Of a DNA stretch of 24,944 nt, positions 1 to 7,668 are shown one piece after another. Made by a program: the position numbers and the translations under genes. Position 1 is the stretch's first letter. Each line of letters starts with the position of its first letter. A model generated the notes under the pieces. The model saw nothing but the letters and a program-made list of their open reading frames with translations. It did not search any database and was not told where the DNA came from. The DNA comes from Pseudomonadota bacterium (GTDB taxonomy: Bacteria > UBA10199 > 2-02-FULL-44-16 > JAAZCA01), in the NCBI GenBank assembly GCA_043822785.1, contig JBDRBN010000085.1, forward strand, positions 1-24,944, in the 5' to 3' direction.

Positions 1-76
1 GCAAAGCGAAGCAATCCCCTTATAACCTCTGTTTGCGGGAGATTGCTTCGTCGCTAAACGCTCCTCGCAATGACAC
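1..76. repeat. REP-like palindromic element (GTCATTGCGAG...GAAGCAATC type), cut by the window edge
   Basis: CGAAGCAATC (7-16) and GATTGCTTCG (41-50) are inverted repeats; the element ends CTCGCAATGACA and contains the TAG stop of ORF 54-947. Confidence 0.75.
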
Positions 77-947
77 CTAGACATGAGAAAAATGAATTCT
101 TATATTTCAACCAGTTAACACCTCTAACGCGACAGCAGTGGCCCTTATATATTCTTATAATATCGTATATATCTGGATGTTCAGGCATTGCTTCCTGCCA
201 GTTTTGAACTACCTTAGAAGGTACGTTGCACCAAATTTCCCAAGGATCAAATGGGCGAGTATAGTCCTCTTTTAGAGGAGATAATTCTTTTTCCTCGATG
301 AATCGCAGGGCAAAGGCAACATCGTGCAAAAGGGCCTTTAGATCTGGCTCATAAAAATTTGGCTCCTTAAGAACTGCTTTGTCATGATTATCTTCAAAGA
401 GGCGTCTGAGGAAGTAGATGGCTGGAGAATTATTCATGCTAAACATGAAGATGAAGCTCAGTATGAGACCATCGTAAAACTCTAAGGCTCTATTGTCAAA
501 AGCGCTTTTCCCTAATTCATATATTTTTTTAGGATCAAATCCACATCCACGTGCCCAGGTTTGCGCCTCGGTATGAGCTTTTTGCACCAAACTCTGAAAT
601 ACGAAATAGGCAAGTCGAAAAGGCAGTCTTCCATCCTCAGTTTTCCCCTTCGGTGCTTTTTCGTGAGAGAGGAATTTTCTAACTCCTGCCATTGCATTAG
701 GATCGTATTTCTCAAACCGATCTAGCGGTGGAACATGGAGTATTGTCTGTACTGCCTTTGGTTGAAAAAACGCATCTTCATCGTTTGACCATTCGATATC
801 CAATGATTTTGGCACACCCTGGACGTCATATATTGTTTGTATGCCAATTGGAAGAAACCGGACTCCCCAGTTTTGTGCAAGTCTATAAAAGGCACCTGGC
901 AGTTGCGGTAAAGTAAGTTGACCTATTGCATTAACTGCAACATTCAT
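54..947 (-). CDS. Hypothetical protein, 297 aa
   Basis: Long ORF with GGAG SD 6 nt upstream of ATG; visibly AT-richer than its neighbours; no motif recognised. Confidence 0.75.
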   Translation of the reverse strand: MNVAVNAIGQLTLPQLPGAFYRLAQNWGVRFLPIGIQTIYDVQGVPKSLDIEWSNDEDAFFQPKAVQTILHVPPLDRFEKYDPNAMAGVRKFLSHEKAPKGKTEDGRLPFRLAYFVFQSLVQKAHTEAQTWARGCGFDPKKIYELGKSAFDNRALEFYDGLILSFIFMFSMNNSPAIYFLRRLFEDNHDKAVLKEPNFYEPDLKALLHDVAFALRFIEEKELSPLKEDYTRPFDPWEIWCNVPSKVVQNWQEAMPEHPDIYDIIRIYKGHCCRVRGVNWLKYKNSFFSCLGVIARSV

Positions 948-968
948 GAATCACTCCGATTGATTCAC

Positions 969-995
969 TTATCGGTGGATTGCAGAGAAAGTTGC
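969..995 (-). promoter_or_regulatory. Putative sigma28 (FliA)-like promoter
   Basis: Minus strand GCAA-N15-ACCGATAA versus consensus TAAA-N15-GCCGATAA, 21 nt upstream of the ATG at 947. Confidence 0.45.
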
Positions 996-1143
996 TAGTG
1001 AAATATCTTTTATAACTATATGATATTATTATGAATATATATCATTTCATGTTTGCGCGTGTAAATTTTCTTATAGGTCGGCTTGGGGCCCCCGATTTCG
1101 CCAGCAGGCTGCGATAGTCCTACGTCCTTATGCTAATAAACTA

Positions 1144-2799
1144 TTATTTATAAGCATAGATCGGCTTTATATCCACCGGCACATCGGAGAGTTTTTCAAG
1201 ACCGGCTTTTAGCGATGCCGGTGTTGTGCGATACTTTTTCACGAAACTTTTTGCTGCATCATAGTCGCCTTGCGCTTCGATGAGTAAGAGATCAGATGCA
1301 AGATCAGTTATGGCCTGTTGGATCTTTGCGCGATTTACACCGAATAGCCAGGTGTTCTCGTCATAAGTGATTGCGCCTTTTTCCAGCAGATAGTTAAACT
1401 GTATGGCATTACTTCCACCGTGCGCCTCGCTTATGCCAAAGCGCACAGACCTAAATAGCCCTGCAAGATATGTGGGCCACGCATTGACGAGAAAGTTTTT
1501 CGGGTACAGTCCCTTGTCCGTAAGATAAACTGCATTATAGGCGCTTAACGTATCGGCCTTGCATTCTTCGATAACTGAATAGAGCTCCTTTAGCTCTTTA
1601 TTGACGGTCGTCTCTTCTCCGCCTTTATTTATTTTTCCAGGTCCTATGCCGTGCGAGACCTCGTGCAGAAGCGTGTGGGCAAAGAATGCCTCAAAGTCTA
1701 CATCAGCCGCATCATCCTTGTTCATGAGTTTCTGAGCGATAGGCACGAGGATCTTTTCAAACTTGGCTTTTTGCACGTTCTTGAGCATTACCTTTTTGCT
1801 GCCCTCTTGTTCGCGTATGCGCTCATCGTTAGGAAGATTGAACGCGAGCGTCTGCACGCCGGCCTTTGTATCGCCTGCGGAATATATAAGCTGAGCCACC
1901 ACTATGGGCGAGCTGAGGCTGCGGCCGATTCCTTTGTACTTATCATCTATGGGGAGGTTCTTCTCGAGATCATCAAGGTATGCCACCACTTTTGCCAAGC
2001 GTTTGCTCTCAGCAGGATCCACTCGTGTTACAAAAGCTTCAAACGCAGCCTTATAGCCAAAGAGGTTGTCCTCATAAACTTCATAAGGGCCTATCACGAC
2101 TTCGATGGCGTGATCCTTAAGGCGCACCCAATCCACGTCGCTTTCATAATAATCGTTGGACAGAAATGCTTTTGCCCGACTCTTAAGATACTTTTTCAAT
2201 GTTTTGTTTGTTGCGAGCTTGGCGGCCTTATTGAGATGATCTGCGGCCTTGGTCAATAATTCAGCATATTGCTGCGAATATGGTATGGCCTTAAGGGATT
2301 TGCCGTCGCGACGGATCACCGTGAAATTGCTTTCAAATGCTTCGCGGTCCGACGGATGCTTCTTAAGCCAATTCGTGAATTCCTTTTTGGTCATGTCTGT
2401 AGGATAGAAGGTAGCTCCGGCAGGCTTGGCGCCAACGCCCTTAACAAAGGGTTCATTATGATTTAACCTATCAAACGGGCCAAAGTTTATAGTGAAGTAT
2501 TCGTAAACATAAGGAGCCTTGTTGCTGTTTTTCTTAAGCTCATCCTCAAGCACTGCGTTTTCTTCATAGACCTGGCGCAGAAAGATCTGATCCATGATTT
2601 TTGCGGCAGCCACCAGCTCATCCACTAACTTTTTCTGCCGTGCGGTGAGAAGTTTGCTGGGCAACTCGACATTAACAGGCGCAAACTTTGCCAGCTGTTT
2701 TTTGACTGTCATGGTATCCTCCGTAGCAACAGATCCTAATGCGATGTTGGATACAGCACTAAGTGCTATTAACAAAACGACGATAAGCGTTTTCTTCAT
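1144..2799 (-). CDS. Secreted M49-family (dipeptidyl-peptidase III-like) zinc peptidase
   Basis: HEVSH zinc motif, EECKAD second motif, AFNLPND; signal-peptide-like MKKTLIVVLLIALS; GGAGG SD before the ATG at 2799. Confidence 0.85.
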   Translation of the reverse strand: MKKTLIVVLLIALSAVSNIALGSVATEDTMTVKKQLAKFAPVNVELPSKLLTARQKKLVDELVAAAKIMDQIFLRQVYEENAVLEDELKKNSNKAPYVYEYFTINFGPFDRLNHNEPFVKGVGAKPAGATFYPTDMTKKEFTNWLKKHPSDREAFESNFTVIRRDGKSLKAIPYSQQYAELLTKAADHLNKAAKLATNKTLKKYLKSRAKAFLSNDYYESDVDWVRLKDHAIEVVIGPYEVYEDNLFGYKAAFEAFVTRVDPAESKRLAKVVAYLDDLEKNLPIDDKYKGIGRSLSSPIVVAQLIYSAGDTKAGVQTLAFNLPNDERIREQEGSKKVMLKNVQKAKFEKILVPIAQKLMNKDDAADVDFEAFFAHTLLHEVSHGIGPGKINKGGEETTVNKELKELYSVIEECKADTLSAYNAVYLTDKGLYPKNFLVNAWPTYLAGLFRSVRFGISEAHGGSNAIQFNYLLEKGAITYDENTWLFGVNRAKIQQAITDLASDLLLIEAQGDYDAAKSFVKKYRTTPASLKAGLEKLSDVPVDIKPIYAYK

Positions 2800-2931
2800 G
2801 TCCACCTCCAAAGACCGACTTATTGCCCCAGGGAAGCCATAAATACAAGAAAATTTAGGATAAAGAGAATGCTTGTCACCTTGGGCACCTTGCTTTAAGC
2901 AGGTTGTGAGAAACGTTATTGGAGGCGCAAT

Positions 2932-4185
2932 ATGGATATCACCGAATATCTGGCAAAGGAATGGGTTCCAGCACTAGGTTGCACTGAGCCTGCGTCCATC
3001 GCGCTGGCAGCTGCAACTGCAGCTGGGAAGCTTGAGGGGTCACTTGTTTCAATTTCGCTCACTTGTGATCCGCGCATATACAAAAACTGCTATGCAGTGG
3101 GTATTCCTCACAGCGAGCACCGTACCGGTATTCTTTGGGCGCTGGCCATTGGTGCCTATCTTCCTTCTACTTCCCCTGGTTTGCAGTGCTTTGGTCAGGT
3201 CACGCCTGAAATAATAAACAAAGCCCAAAAGCTCATTGATGAAAAAAGGATATCTGTTGAAGTCGATGTTGAAAAAAACGAACTCTTTATCGACTGCATT
3301 GTTAAGGGAATGTCTGGCAGCGCCAGAACTGTCATCGAGCAGGATCACACAAACATCGTGCTCATCGAGAAGGATGAAGAAGTGCTGTTTGAAAAGGAGC
3401 GCAGCACTGAGCATGAAAAGATGGATGCGCGCAGGCTGGTAGCCCAGATGCCGCTCTATGACATGATAGACATGGCAAAGGGCATCTCTAGCGATGATAG
3501 GCAAAGGCTTTCTGAAGGCATTGAGATGAATCTGAGCATAGCAGAGCACGGTTTAACGCTTTTTCCGAAGCGCTTTGTGGAACTTACATCGCGCGATATG
3601 CTTAGCCGTATTTCAGCTTATGTTTGTGCAGCAGTCTATGCCCGCATGTGGGGTGAGGAATATCCTGTCATGACCTTGGCTGGCAGCGGCAACAAAGGCA
3701 TAACCGCATCGCTTCCTTTAGCCATGTGGGGGGAGTCAAAGGGTATTCCTAAAAGGGTTGTGGAGGAGGCTTTGGCATTGGCTTGTCTTGTAACTTCTGC
3801 CACCACCCATCACCTGGGCACGCTGTCTGCGGTATGTGGGTGCTCCAATGCAGCAGGCATTGGTCTTTCTGCAGGGCTCGTGCTTTTGGAAAATGGCGGA
3901 ACAGAGCAGATCTCTTTAGCGATAAATAACATGGTGGGCAATGTGAGCGGTATGATCTGCGATGGTGCAAAAATCGGTTGCGCGCTCAAGACCATGACTG
4001 CGGTGGATGCAGCTTTTCGATCATCATCTCTGGCCATGAGCGGGGTAGGTATTCCGCCTTGTGACGGTATAGTCGGGGAAAATGGTGTTGCGTCGCTAAA
4101 GAACCTAGGGCGCATATCCACCCGTGGCATGACATCTATGGATAGAGAGATCCTGGCGATTATGAAGGAAAAACTTATTCAGTGA
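2932..4185 (+). CDS. cyuA: L-cysteine desulfidase / serine dehydratase alpha-like Fe-S protein (CyuA/YhaM family)
   Basis: PALGCTEP, GSGNKG, SAVCGC and GMICDGAKIGCALK motifs; GGAGG SD. Confidence 0.8.
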   Translation: MDITEYLAKEWVPALGCTEPASIALAAATAAGKLEGSLVSISLTCDPRIYKNCYAVGIPHSEHRTGILWALAIGAYLPSTSPGLQCFGQVTPEIINKAQKLIDEKRISVEVDVEKNELFIDCIVKGMSGSARTVIEQDHTNIVLIEKDEEVLFEKERSTEHEKMDARRLVAQMPLYDMIDMAKGISSDDRQRLSEGIEMNLSIAEHGLTLFPKRFVELTSRDMLSRISAYVCAAVYARMWGEEYPVMTLAGSGNKGITASLPLAMWGESKGIPKRVVEEALALACLVTSATTHHLGTLSAVCGCSNAAGIGLSAGLVLLENGGTEQISLAINNMVGNVSGMICDGAKIGCALKTMTAVDAAFRSSSLAMSGVGIPPCDGIVGENGVASLKNLGRISTRGMTSMDREILAIMKEKLIQ

Positions 4186-4204
4186 CCAGAGATCAGAGAT
4201 CAGT
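4180..4204 (+). repeat. Heptamer tandem repeat overlapping the cyuA stop
   Basis: CAGTGAC CAGAGAT CAGAGAT CAGT; the first unit contains the TGA stop. Confidence 0.65.
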
Positions 4205-4260
4205 CTTGCTTTTTGCGGCCTGTAGTGGCAGTTACAGTCCAATATAAGGAGATAAACACC

Positions 4261-4716
4261 ATGAGAATCCACAACATAGTAATGGCTTTTGTTCTTATCG
4301 TTTTGCTCGCGCCACTTAGCGTAAGCTGCACTGGAGCACGCTGCGCAGACTGCGGCAAGACCATAAAGATAGACACGCTCGAGGGCGTGCACTTTGACTT
4401 TGATAAGTATGTGGTAAAGCCAGCGGGTAAAAAGATCCTTGATGAGGATGTGGCGCTTCTTAGCAAGGACAAGACCCTCGACATATCCATTGAAGGGCAT
4501 TGCGATATCGTAGGCAGCGACGCTTACAACCAAAATCTATCCGAGCGCAGGGCAAATGCAGTTTATAAATACTTTTTGACGAAGGGCATTTCTGCAGACA
4601 GAATGCGCACCATTGGATATGGCAGAACAAAACCTTTGGTTCCTAACGACACTGCTGCAAATCGCGCTAAGAACCGCAGGGTCGAAATTCATATCATAAA
4701 AGCCAGGGCAAAGTGA
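4261..4716 (+). CDS. OmpA-family peptidoglycan-binding lipoprotein
   Basis: AAGGAG SD, hydrophobic leader ending SVSC, HFDFDK, IEGHCD..GS..YN..LS.RRA, NRRVE. The real start is ATG 4261 rather than 4213. Confidence 0.9.
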   Translation: MRIHNIVMAFVLIVLLAPLSVSCTGARCADCGKTIKIDTLEGVHFDFDKYVVKPAGKKILDEDVALLSKDKTLDISIEGHCDIVGSDAYNQNLSERRANAVYKYFLTKGISADRMRTIGYGRTKPLVPNDTAANRAKNRRVEIHIIKARAK

Positions 4717-4796
4717 GGGGTCGGGTTGTTTCGAGCCCTCATCCTGAGCGAAGTCGAGCACTCAACTTGTTGAGCGCTCGGCGAAGTCGAAGGATC
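4714..4796. repeat. Modular palindromic element: TGAGGGGTCG hairpin plus CATCCTGAGCGAAGTCGAAGGATC core with a nested hairpin
   Basis: Related to the reverse complement of 24278-24361; GCGAAGTCGA occurs twice (4748-4757, 4781-4790) around a GAGCACTCAA/TTGAGCGCTC hairpin; its first 3 nt are the OmpA stop. Confidence 0.8.
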
Positions 4797-4807
4797 GCAG
4801 AAATTTT

Positions 4808-5074
4808 TTAACAAGATGCGCACTTTTTGTTGTGTTCCAGATACCGGCCGATAACCTCTTGACCCTTAGGCGTATCGATGAGATCGCTATAACCCCTCTC
4901 CCTTAAGTCACCCAGGAGCGTGAGCCAGTCTTCGTGGTTCCAACAAGTGCGGTTATCGAGCCAGGTGTTTAGTTGTTGCTTTAGCGTCTCTGCATTGAGG
5001 TTTTTGACAGGAACTTCGGCGCAGCGGGAAACCCTTCTTCTTTCTAGCTTGGTTGTTATCTTTTCGTTGGCCAT
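4808..5074 (-). CDS. Small hypothetical protein, 88 aa, with a WNHxDWLxLL motif
   Basis: Strong SD (AGGAGGTAAGGAG), 18 nt downstream of the parA-like stop, same strand. Confidence 0.8.
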   Translation of the reverse strand: MANEKITTKLERRRVSRCAEVPVKNLNAETLKQQLNTWLDNRTCWNHEDWLTLLGDLRERGYSDLIDTPKGQEVIGRYLEHNKKCASC

Positions 5075-5092
5075 CTCCTTACCTCCTGATTT

Positions 5093-5911
5093 TCATATGT
5101 GGGTAATGTTGTCCATGGTCGTTTGCGTTATGCTGTTAAGATCTTTGATTTCCTGAACGATCCTTTCTAATAGTTCATCGGTCATGGCTTTATAATCTTC
5201 AGCACCGTGCGAGGATCTGGAATAGGTGAAGATCGGTTCTCCGTGGCTGGTGCTTTCTTTAAGCCGCACATTACAACGAATGACAGTGCTTAGCATCATG
5301 TCTTCAAAATAACTTCGCATGTCGGTTATCACTTCTTTCGAGAAGGAAGTGCGGCCATCGAACATGGTGGCTACCGCAAACACCCTTATAGCATGCGTAT
5401 GGCGTACTTCTTGAATCAACTCGAGCAATTTTCCAACGCCATGAAGCGCCAAGAAGCTGGTTTCTACGGTGAGGAGTACGGCATTTGAAGCCATGAGCGC
5501 ATTTTGTGTTAGCACCCCTAGGGTGGGTGGACAGTCTATAATAGCAAAGTCATAGTCATTCTTAGCTTGAGCAAGGATTGCGCTAAGCCTTGTATCGCGA
5601 TTCGTTTGGGAAATTAGTGCTTGCTCATCATCAACGGTTATACACTCAGAAGGAAGAAGGGTGAGGCCTCTTCCTATTGGGACATAGAGTTCTTCCAAGG
5701 GTTTTGGACACCTCGTTTCCAGTATGGCATCGAACACGCTGCCCTTGGGAAAGCGCTCTTCAATTCTAAGGCAGGCAGAGGCTTGGGCTTGCGGATCCAT
5801 ATCAACTAGTAGCGCACGGCAGCCCTTCATAGAAAGGCACGCCGCAAGGTTGACTGCGGTTGTGGTCTTGCCAGACCCACCCTTCTGATTGGCTACAGCT
5901 ATAGTGTACAT
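5093..5911 (-). CDS. ParA/Soj-family ATPase
   Basis: NQKGGSGKTTT deviant Walker A, DMDPQ, IDCPP, and NVRLKE..SHG.PI..Y...S.GA.DY C-terminal motif. Confidence 0.92.
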   Translation of the reverse strand: MYTIAVANQKGGSGKTTTAVNLAACLSMKGCRALLVDMDPQAQASACLRIEERFPKGSVFDAILETRCPKPLEELYVPIGRGLTLLPSECITVDDEQALISQTNRDTRLSAILAQAKNDYDFAIIDCPPTLGVLTQNALMASNAVLLTVETSFLALHGVGKLLELIQEVRHTHAIRVFAVATMFDGRTSFSKEVITDMRSYFEDMMLSTVIRCNVRLKESTSHGEPIFTYSRSSHGAEDYKAMTDELLERIVQEIKDLNSITQTTMDNITHI

Positions 5912-5929
5912 AATAGCCCCCTTTGTTGG

Positions 5930-5990
5930 CTAACTGACCCATCGAGGAATTCTCCGATGGGGGGTCGAAACACCACGACCCCTCAGCTAA
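5930..5990 (-). repeat. Structured intergenic element (three-way junction) containing the TGAGGGGTCG hairpin module
   Basis: Minus strand UAGCUGA/UCAGUUA closing stem around GGGGUCG/CGACCCC and CCAUCG/CGAUGG hairpins; TGAGGGGTCGTGGTGTTTCGACCCCCCATC resembles 4714-4743. Confidence 0.6.
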
Positions 5991-6628
5991 TTTCCACTAA
6001 ACGTTACCTCTTCTCCATACTCCGAAACATCAAAAAAATCATCTATTTCTTCTTTGGTTAAAACAGAATGGAGGTGCCCTGATCTATTTTTTGGAGTTTC
6101 ATGGATTTTAAAACGTTCACAGGAGCTGACTTTTGGCTCAAACTTGCGCACTACTAGCCATAGATCTTTTGCTAGATCAATGCCTTTACACGTAAAAATT
6201 TCGCAGGCATTCGTATTTATGTGGGGGATGATTGATAAGACATCAGGATCTATTTCTTCAGTAAGCTGCCATGTCCTCACTTGGGGCAATAGATTTCTTG
6301 AGTAGATATGTTCAATAAGCTCAAGATTTTCAACTGCCCAGTCTGAGCGAGCTACAGCCCTGCACAGCTCGTTTGGATTTAGCATTTTGCAAAGCCCGAT
6401 GAGAATAGGCCTGCCCTGCAAGTCTTCACCCATCAGATCCAATATACCCATTTTTCTGATTGGCAGCCCTCTGCCAATTATTTTTACGCCCTTTTCTATT
6501 GTGGATATATTCTCGGCAATCGTGTTTATGGCCTGCTCATGATTCAGCTCAACGCTAGATGTGCCAAGGCAAAGCTGATAAGCTTGCTCGCGCTTATCAT
6601 CCATGGTTTTTGGACTTATGAGCTTCAT
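5987..6628 (-). CDS. Degenerate NucS-like PD-(D/E)XK-fold protein with a C-terminal EIDAL-like peptide
   Basis: IAENISTIEKGVKIIGR.LPI..MGILDLMGED..G.PILIGLC follows the NucS pattern but has G-L-C where E-x-K is expected; tail VLTKEEIDDFF. Confidence 0.7.
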   Translation of the reverse strand: MKLISPKTMDDKREQAYQLCLGTSSVELNHEQAINTIAENISTIEKGVKIIGRGLPIRKMGILDLMGEDLQGRPILIGLCKMLNPNELCRAVARSDWAVENLELIEHIYSRNLLPQVRTWQLTEEIDPDVLSIIPHINTNACEIFTCKGIDLAKDLWLVVRKFEPKVSSCERFKIHETPKNRSGHLHSVLTKEEIDDFFDVSEYGEEVTFSGN

Positions 6629-6637
6629 ATCATCTCA

Positions 6638-7603
6638 TTAAAAGTTGATATGCCCTAGCATCTGCGAAAATGATGCTTGTGGTTTATCCTTACGCTTCCA
6701 TTTTAGATGTTCTTCCTTTAGATTATCCGCCATTTTGAAAAAGGACCTGGTGACAAAGCTCTTGGGATGAAGATCAAGCACTGGTTTACGCATATGCACG
6801 GAGTTTTGAATATACCAATTGTGCGGAAGCCAATCTAAAAGCGAAAGATTAACTCTGACCAAGCGGTTGTGGACTACAGTGCTTAGCTTCTTGTAGGTAG
6901 AGACGGCCTCATCTTCGTTTCGTACGCGGTTTATTATGACCTTTATTGCCACATCAGCTCGCGATCTGGTCATGACCTTAATTGTCGCGTACGCATCAAG
7001 CTGTGCTGTGACATCAGGAGTAGTCACTATTATGACGTCGTGTGCATTCATGAGAAATCTCAACACCTGTGGGCTTATTCCCGCTGCCAGATCCACTATT
7101 ATGATATCGGCCTTTTCCTCGCAGCATTTAAGCTGCGAAGCCAGATGGCGGAACTGCCATTCGTTAAGATCGGAGAGCTCGCTTAAGCCAGAGCCGCCTG
7201 CTATGAGCTTAATGCCTGATGGACATTCCACGATTATTTCATCCATAGTCTTTGTGCCGCTGACTACTGACGAGATATCGTGAGAAGGATGGGTGCCGAG
7301 CAGAAGGTGGGCATTTGCAAGTCCGAGATCCGCATCCAGCAGGATGACATCGAGGCCCTTTCGTGAGAGCGCAACAGCAAGGTTTGTGGAGACGATGGTC
7401 TTGCCTGTGCCGCCTTTTCCGCTGGCCACGCATATGACCTGACATGTCGCAGGATCTGCTGAATGGTCTTTATGTTCTGCAACATCAAGAAATAAAGGAG
7501 GAGGTGGTGAGCGCAGATCATCTGCATTGACTGTTGTAACATCACGAAGCGTTCTTGCGAGCAATTTGCGGGGAGAAGATGACATTGTATCAATTTTTAT
7601 CAT
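6638..7603 (-). CDS. FlhG/FleN/MinD-family ATPase
   Basis: SGKGGTGKT, DADLGLAN, DLAAGIS, TTPDVTAQLDAYATIK, and a possible C-terminal amphipathic helix SFSQMLGHINF. Confidence 0.88.
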   Translation of the reverse strand: MIKIDTMSSSPRKLLARTLRDVTTVNADDLRSPPPPLFLDVAEHKDHSADPATCQVICVASGKGGTGKTIVSTNLAVALSRKGLDVILLDADLGLANAHLLLGTHPSHDISSVVSGTKTMDEIIVECPSGIKLIAGGSGLSELSDLNEWQFRHLASQLKCCEEKADIIIVDLAAGISPQVLRFLMNAHDVIIVTTPDVTAQLDAYATIKVMTRSRADVAIKVIINRVRNEDEAVSTYKKLSTVVHNRLVRVNLSLLDWLPHNWYIQNSVHMRKPVLDLHPKSFVTRSFFKMADNLKEEHLKWKRKDKPQASFSQMLGHINF

Positions 7604-7643
7604 GCAATGCGGCGTATAATCAAGAGAATGTTAATTAAAAAAA

Positions 7644-7666
7644 TGCCAGCAACGCAAGCAACGCAA
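7644..7666. repeat. Nonamer microsatellite TGCCAGCAA CGCAAGCAA CGCAA
   Basis: Same unit as the arrays at 16341-16425, around 17035-17156 and at 21558-21626; lies just past the L,D-transpeptidase stop. Confidence 0.65.
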
Positions 7667-7668
7667 TA

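Noticed and set aside
1074..1132. GC-rich patch in an AT-rich intergenic region, possibly an ncRNA or terminator
   Set aside because: I could not identify a convincing stem-loop with U-tract or any tRNA, SRP, RNase P or tmRNA signature.
1651..2259. Long antisense or alternative-frame ORFs (also 15586-16149, 20320-20967, 21831-22481 and others)
   Set aside because: They lie opposite or within well-supported genes and show no motifs or RBS, so they are likely shadow ORFs.
6638..7603. Naming this gene flhG or minD
   Set aside because: The motifs fit the family, but there is no flhF/fliA or minC/minE context, so orthology cannot be established.
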